From Candidatus Thorarchaeota archaeon (GTDB taxonomy: Archaea; Asgardarchaeota; Thorarchaeia; Thorarchaeales; Thorarchaeaceae): a stretch of 32,000 bases of DNA. The stretch is taken from contig SHMX01000003.1 of the NCBI GenBank assembly GCA_008080745.1, positions 270,001 to 302,000 on the forward strand, read 5' to 3'. A program made the translations under genes and the position numbers. Position 1 is the stretch's first letter. Every line of letters starts with the position of its first letter. Positions 27,302-32,000 of the stretch are shown one piece after another. The notes below the pieces were generated by a model that saw nothing but the letters and a program-made list of their open reading frames with translations, searched no databases and had not been told where the DNA came from.

Positions 27302-28363
27302 ATGACTTGGCAAAATATCATAATGCAGGGAGATTGTCTGGATGCTATTAAGAAACTCAAACCTGAATTTAGAAATAAGATTAAGATAATTTACATAGAC
27401 CCACCTTTTTTTTCCGGTACCGATTATTGTCTGAAGAAAAAGACATCCGATAGTTCACACGTTTCAGCTGAAGTAAAGGATATTCAAACTTATAGCGATA
27501 AGTGGGATGGAGGCCTTGAAGAGTACCTCGAGTTTATGCGCTCTCGTCTTGAAGCAATGATCAGCTTGTTATCAAAAGAGGGGAGCCTTTGGGTGCATCT
27601 TGATTTTCATGTAGCACATTACATCAAAGTCATTCTTGATGAGATACTGGGATATGAGAACTTTGTAAATCAGATAATCTGGAGAAGAACCAATAGTCCA
27701 AAAGCCCAGAGTAAAGGTTTTGGAACACAACATGATATCATCCTGCTCTATGCCAAAGATATCTCTGCTTTCAGTACCAAAACAGTATATCGTAAATATG
27801 ATGAAAAATCTCTGAGACCATACAGTTATGAAGATGAGCGGGGACGTTTCAGATTAATCGAGATTGAAGCTCAGGGTATTCAACGTACAGAGGGAAGAAG
27901 AACTTTTGAATGGAGAGGAAGAACGGCACCTTATTTGTATCGAAGAGAAACCTTGGACAAGTGGTGGGAAGAGGGAATAATATACGAGAGTAGAAATAAA
28001 CGGTATTCAAAAAAGCAGTATCTTGAAGATATGCCTGGAATACCTGTTTCAGACCTATGGTTGGATATTCCTCCAATTCAAGGCTCATCAAAAGAATATA
28101 CTGGATTCATTACTCAGAAACCAGAGAAGCTCCTAGAACGTATTATCGATTGCGCTTCTGGAGGGCAGGATATTGTGGCAGATTTCTTCGCTGGCTCTGG
28201 AACCACCTCGGTCGTAGCTCAAAGAATGGGTAGGAGATGGATAACCTGTGATTGGTCAGAGGTCTCAATTGAACTCATTCAAAGTAGATTAAAGGGGTTG
28301 GAGGAATCAGTCAAAGACCCTATAAAGAGCCGGTTTGTTAGGGTAAGTAGCACAAAGGAATAG
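27302..28363 (+). CDS. Site-specific amino-DNA methyltransferase (N6-A/N4-C, beta-class motif order), apparently orphan
   Basis: Motif IV IYIDPPF precedes motif I DFFAGSGTT; also NQIIW, TQKPEKLLERII and GRRWITCD. No endonuclease next to it. Confidence 0.9.
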   Translation: MTWQNIIMQGDCLDAIKKLKPEFRNKIKIIYIDPPFFSGTDYCLKKKTSDSSHVSAEVKDIQTYSDKWDGGLEEYLEFMRSRLEAMISLLSKEGSLWVHLDFHVAHYIKVILDEILGYENFVNQIIWRRTNSPKAQSKGFGTQHDIILLYAKDISAFSTKTVYRKYDEKSLRPYSYEDERGRFRLIEIEAQGIQRTEGRRTFEWRGRTAPYLYRRETLDKWWEEGIIYESRNKRYSKKQYLEDMPGIPVSDLWLDIPPIQGSSKEYTGFITQKPEKLLERIIDCASGGQDIVADFFAGSGTTSVVAQRMGRRWITCDWSEVSIELIQSRLKGLEESVKDPIKSRFVRVSSTKE

Positions 28364-28404
28364 CAACGCTATGAGCGGCATTCAAAATATTTGGTGAAAA
28401 TTCC

Positions 28405-29646
28405 ATGTCAGAACCAATAGTCACAGAAGGTGATTTCTCAAGAGGAGAAAGAGTAGCCATAATATCCACCATTGCGATGGTATTTCTTACTGCTTTGAAG
28501 GGTACTGTTGGAATTGTCTATGGTAGTGTAGCACTATTAGCAGATGGTATCAATTCATTTGCAGATATTCTTGCGTCAGCATTAATCTGGTCAGGATTGA
28601 AACTCGCTGGTAAAGAACCAGATGAGAGATTTCCTTACGGATATTATAGAGGGGAAACTCTGGCATCCCTAGCTGTTGGCACCATGGTCCTCATTACGGG
28701 CGTTCAGATAGTTCTTGAGGGAATTGGAGGTATATTCAATCCACAACAAATTACTGAAGGATTTTTACCATTAGTAGCTGCATCTATCTCATCTTCAATC
28801 TATTTCATCTTGTCACGATATAAGAAGAAGGTAGGAGAGGCGATTGGTAGCCATGGATTGATAGCGGATAGTAAACACTCCATGCTTGACGTATATTCGG
28901 GTTTGATTGTATTCATAGGAATACTATTTTCGATTTGGGGATTTCCGATAGCTGAAATAATCGTAGCGTTGATAATTGGCATCTACATCATCAAGGAAGG
29001 AATTGAATTAGCAAAGGAAGCGGTTTTTACTCTCATGGATGCAAACGTAGATCCTGAATTGGCTAAGAAAATCCAGAAGATGGTTGAAGAAGATTCGGAA
29101 GTATTGGATGCACATCGAGTAATTGTTCGTCGATCGGGCCCAGTACGCTTTGTGGAGATGCATATGAGAGTAGATAGAGACCTTCACGTAGAGTCCGCAT
29201 CAGAAATAATGTCGCGAATTGAAAAGAAGGTCGAGGAAAAGTTCCCCACAATCGAATCAATTACGGTCAAAATTGAACCCGGAGAGAGTATCCCAGAATA
29301 TGTTGCAATCCCACTAGATGGTGAAGGTCCTGATGCGTTATATAAACCAAGACATTTTGCTAAAGCTCCGTATTTTGGACTATGCCGCATTGATGAGGAT
29401 AGGTGCAAGGTTGACTACATTACAAATCCGGGAGCTTCGGCTACAAGAGGAAAAGGGCAATTGGCTGTGGACACTCTCGTGGAACATAATGTGAGAGCTG
29501 TAATAGTAGGGAAAATTGGTGACGGACCATTACGAATGATGAAAGGTTCAGGAATTATGATATACCAATCGAATGATGAACCTATGGAACAGATGGAGAT
29601 AATCCGTAAGCTACAGAAGGGAGAACTCGATAGAATAGGAGCATAA
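28405..29646 (+). CDS. Cation diffusion facilitator fused to a C-terminal NifB/NifX (FeMo-co-binding-like) domain
   Basis: ALLADGINSFAD, PDERFPYGY, ADSKHSMLD, dimerisation domain VRRSG...VEMH...H; C-terminal HFAKAPYF...G.G...VRAVIVGKIG. Confidence 0.88.
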   Translation: MSEPIVTEGDFSRGERVAIISTIAMVFLTALKGTVGIVYGSVALLADGINSFADILASALIWSGLKLAGKEPDERFPYGYYRGETLASLAVGTMVLITGVQIVLEGIGGIFNPQQITEGFLPLVAASISSSIYFILSRYKKKVGEAIGSHGLIADSKHSMLDVYSGLIVFIGILFSIWGFPIAEIIVALIIGIYIIKEGIELAKEAVFTLMDANVDPELAKKIQKMVEEDSEVLDAHRVIVRRSGPVRFVEMHMRVDRDLHVESASEIMSRIEKKVEEKFPTIESITVKIEPGESIPEYVAIPLDGEGPDALYKPRHFAKAPYFGLCRIDEDRCKVDYITNPGASATRGKGQLAVDTLVEHNVRAVIVGKIGDGPLRMMKGSGIMIYQSNDEPMEQMEIIRKLQKGELDRIGA

Positions 29647-29729
29647 TTCGCTGAAATTCAATGTCATTATTTGACAATTATGCAGCTTCGACAATAAACT
29701 GAAAGTGAGTCATCAAATAATTAGTATAT

Positions 29730-30476
29730 TCACTCTGCTTCCTTTATTTTTCGAATTGCTCCACCTGGCGCAACACCCTTTGGACAGACCCTAACACAAT
29801 TCATAATCAATTCACAGAGGGGCGCTCCGGACTCACCTTTCGCATCCTTTAGAAATCGATCAGGGTTAGGTGTACGTGAGTCGTCAAAAAAGCGCCAAGA
29901 TTTTGCTAGAGCTGCCGGACCCAGATAATCCTCATTCTCGGCATTGATTGGGCACGAACCGTAACATAGGGCACACATAATACAATTCACTAATCGATCA
30001 ATTCGTTTTCTTTCCTCTGGGGATTGATTTCTATACTCAGTTCCTTTTTCTATATCAATCCATAATTTCAGCTTCTCAAGTGTTTCATAGAAACGGCACA
30101 TATCGACGACTAAATCCTTTAGAAGGGGGAGATTGGGCAGGGGTTCTACTAGTACTTCATCGGAAGGGGACCAGCCATTGGGTGCTTCGACCAATGCCGG
30201 AAAAGGCTCAAGATTCATTTCATTCTTCTTGTCATCCCTTTTGAGTGTGCTAAGTTGTGTCTTACAAGCTAATCGAGGTATCTTGTCAATTAGCATAGCG
30301 CAACTTCCACATACTGCACCTCTGCATGAATATCGAAAGGAGAGAGAAGGATCCATTTTATCTTGAATCTGAAATAATGCATCAAGAACTGTCATCCCCT
30401 CCTTGACCTCAACTTTGTATTGATCATAATGAGAGATAGTTTCTCCATCTTTGCTTCGGGCGATTCTAAATAACAT
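29730..30476 (-). CDS. sdhB: Succinate dehydrogenase / fumarate reductase iron-sulfur subunit
   Basis: SCRGAVCGSC...AC ([2Fe-2S]), CIMCALCYGSCP ([4Fe-4S]) and CELIMNCVRVCP ([3Fe-4S]-type Cx5Cx3C). TGATG overlap with sdhA. Confidence 0.93.
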   Translation of the reverse strand: MLFRIARSKDGETISHYDQYKVEVKEGMTVLDALFQIQDKMDPSLSFRYSCRGAVCGSCAMLIDKIPRLACKTQLSTLKRDDKKNEMNLEPFPALVEAPNGWSPSDEVLVEPLPNLPLLKDLVVDMCRFYETLEKLKLWIDIEKGTEYRNQSPEERKRIDRLVNCIMCALCYGSCPINAENEDYLGPAALAKSWRFFDDSRTPNPDRFLKDAKGESGAPLCELIMNCVRVCPKGVAPGGAIRKIKEAE

Positions 30477-32000
30477 CAGTACTTTCTCTCCTTCACTTCG
30501 AATTTGCCCAGTGTCACATCGATATATTCAGTCTTGATAGCTCCGCTCTCCATCAAAGTGAAGAGTGAATGTTTTAGAAACTCGGAATCATCACGCTCGG
30601 GATAATCGGAACGCCAATGAGCACCCCTACTCTCTCTGCGCATGAGCGCTCCCATTGTGATGATTTCAGCAAGTAATAACATGTTCTCCAATTCTAGTGT
30701 TCGTATTAGTGAATAATTAAATCGTATATCAGTGGGACCAATACTGATTTTTTCAAAGCGCTCTCGCAGATTTCGAATCGTACGTAGAGCTTCTTCAAGA
30801 TCCTCTTGGCTTCTATACACTCCTACAAGGTTATCCATGGTCTTTTTCATTTCCTTTCTCAAAATGTTTGGTGATTCACCTTCAGACCGTACTACCATTG
30901 CTTGCAATTTACTACGGTCTCTGAATGCAATATCCTCAACACAGGATGAGTCAGCAAAACTGGCATTTTCAATGTACTCCAGAGCCGCCTGAGCAACGAT
31001 TGGGCCAAACACCAATGTTTCCAGTAAGGAGTTTCCTCCTAAACGGTTAGCACCATGAACACTCATACACGAGGTTTCCCCTACTGAAAACAATCCAGAA
31101 ATGGATGTTGCCCCGGTTCCATCACAATGGATTCCGCCCATTGAATAATGTTGACCTGGTTGTACAGGAATGGGTTCATCAATTGGGTCAATTCCTGCAA
31201 AATTCCTGCATATCTCACGAATTCCGGGTAGGCGTGACTTTATTTTTTCTTCACCCAGATGACGTATATCCAAATGCACATATTCATCCTCTATACCTCG
31301 TCCCTTTTCTATCTCCTTTCGAATAGATCTCGCAACGATATCTCGAGGAGCAAGTTCCATCTGCTCAGGAGCATACCGTTCCATAAATCGTTCATCTTCT
31401 GAATTTAGGAGATGTCCACCCTCGCCTCGTGCACCTTCGGTTATGAGAATGTTTGAACCGTAAAGAGTGGTAGGATGAAATTGAACAAATTCCATATCTT
31501 TTAGAGAAGCACCAATCCGAAGAGCCAGAGCACAACCATCACCAGTATTAATGAGCGAATTGGTAGATTTCCCATAAACTCGACCGAATCCACCAGTAGC
31601 AATAATGATAGCTTTGGCAACAAAGCCATGGATTTCTCCAGTGGAAATTTCTAAAGCCGTGAGTCCGCAAATCCGTTCATCTTCGCGTACTAATGATGTG
31701 ACATACCACTCCTCATAGAACTTGATGCCTTTTCTCATAGCTTGCTCATATGTGGTATGTAGAAGATTATGACCTGTTTTATCTGCAGCATAACAAGTTC
31801 GGGGATACATGGCACCACCAAAGGGTCTCTGGGCTAATTCTCCATCTTCAGTTCGAGAAAACGCAGTTCCCCATCGTTCATTCTCAATAACGGTCTGTGG
31901 AGCTCTCTTAGTAAGAGTCTCTACTATATCTTGGTCAGCAAGGTAATCAGAACCCTTTATGGTATCGAATGCATGTTGCTCCCACGAGTCATCTTTACTT
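30476..32000 (-). CDS. sdhA: Succinate dehydrogenase / fumarate reductase flavoprotein subunit (5'-partial)
   Basis: The frame stays open from 31810 to the window end (SKDDSWEQHAFDTIKGSDYLADQD...RPFGG). QFHPT, EGARGEGG, RDIVAR, HYSMGG, HGANRLGGNSL and ESRGAH motifs. Confidence 0.96.
   Translation of the reverse strand, partial: SKDDSWEQHAFDTIKGSDYLADQDIVETLTKRAPQTVIENERWGTAFSRTEDGELAQRPFGGAMYPRTCYAADKTGHNLLHTTYEQAMRKGIKFYEEWYVTSLVREDERICGLTALEISTGEIHGFVAKAIIIATGGFGRVYGKSTNSLINTGDGCALALRIGASLKDMEFVQFHPTTLYGSNILITEGARGEGGHLLNSEDERFMERYAPEQMELAPRDIVARSIRKEIEKGRGIEDEYVHLDIRHLGEEKIKSRLPGIREICRNFAGIDPIDEPIPVQPGQHYSMGGIHCDGTGATSISGLFSVGETSCMSVHGANRLGGNSLLETLVFGPIVAQAALEYIENASFADSSCVEDIAFRDRSKLQAMVVRSEGESPNILRKEMKKTMDNLVGVYRSQEDLEEALRTIRNLRERFEKISIGPTDIRFNYSLIRTLELENMLLLAEIITMGALMRRESRGAHWRSDYPERDDSEFLKHSLFTLMESGAIKTEYIDVTLGKFEVKERKY

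Noticed and set aside
1-32000. tRNA/rRNA genes, CRISPR arrays, transposases, integrases, selenoproteins
   Set aside because: By-eye scanning of intergenic gaps found no T-loop/cloverleaf or regularly spaced repeats. No ORF has recombinase motifs, and the TGA stops fall at natural family C-termini. tRNAscan-SE and Infernal were not run.

Overview
AT-rich, gene-dense archaeal chromosomal window. It looks like an Asgard archaeon, probably Thorarchaeia-like. This is an inference from rpS17e, the archaeal ATP-dependent ligase, MptA, and membrane proteins ending in longin-like domains; no phylogeny was run. Housekeeping and metabolic genes: MetRS, DNA ligase, rpS17e, MptA/FolE2 plus PTPS(QueD), SdhA/B, amidase, SDR, APC permease, DMT transporter, CDF-NifX metal exporter, histidine phosphatase and an orphan DNA methyltransferase. 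These are interleaved with Asgard-type surface or signalling proteins: a 7TM-longin protein, a ~1560-aa ectodomain-TM-longin protein, an SBBP beta-propeller/Ca-repeat protein and a Zn-site/V4R-like protein. I saw no tRNA, rRNA, CRISPR array, transposase or integrase. The most unusual stretch is 18361-18635 on the minus strand. It holds a 50-aa ORF with a Shine-Dalgarno site that the ORF track misses. Its 3' region packs a hairpin, an H-type pseudoknot of classical geometry, and a terminator hairpin back to back. All family calls come from motif recognition by eye.
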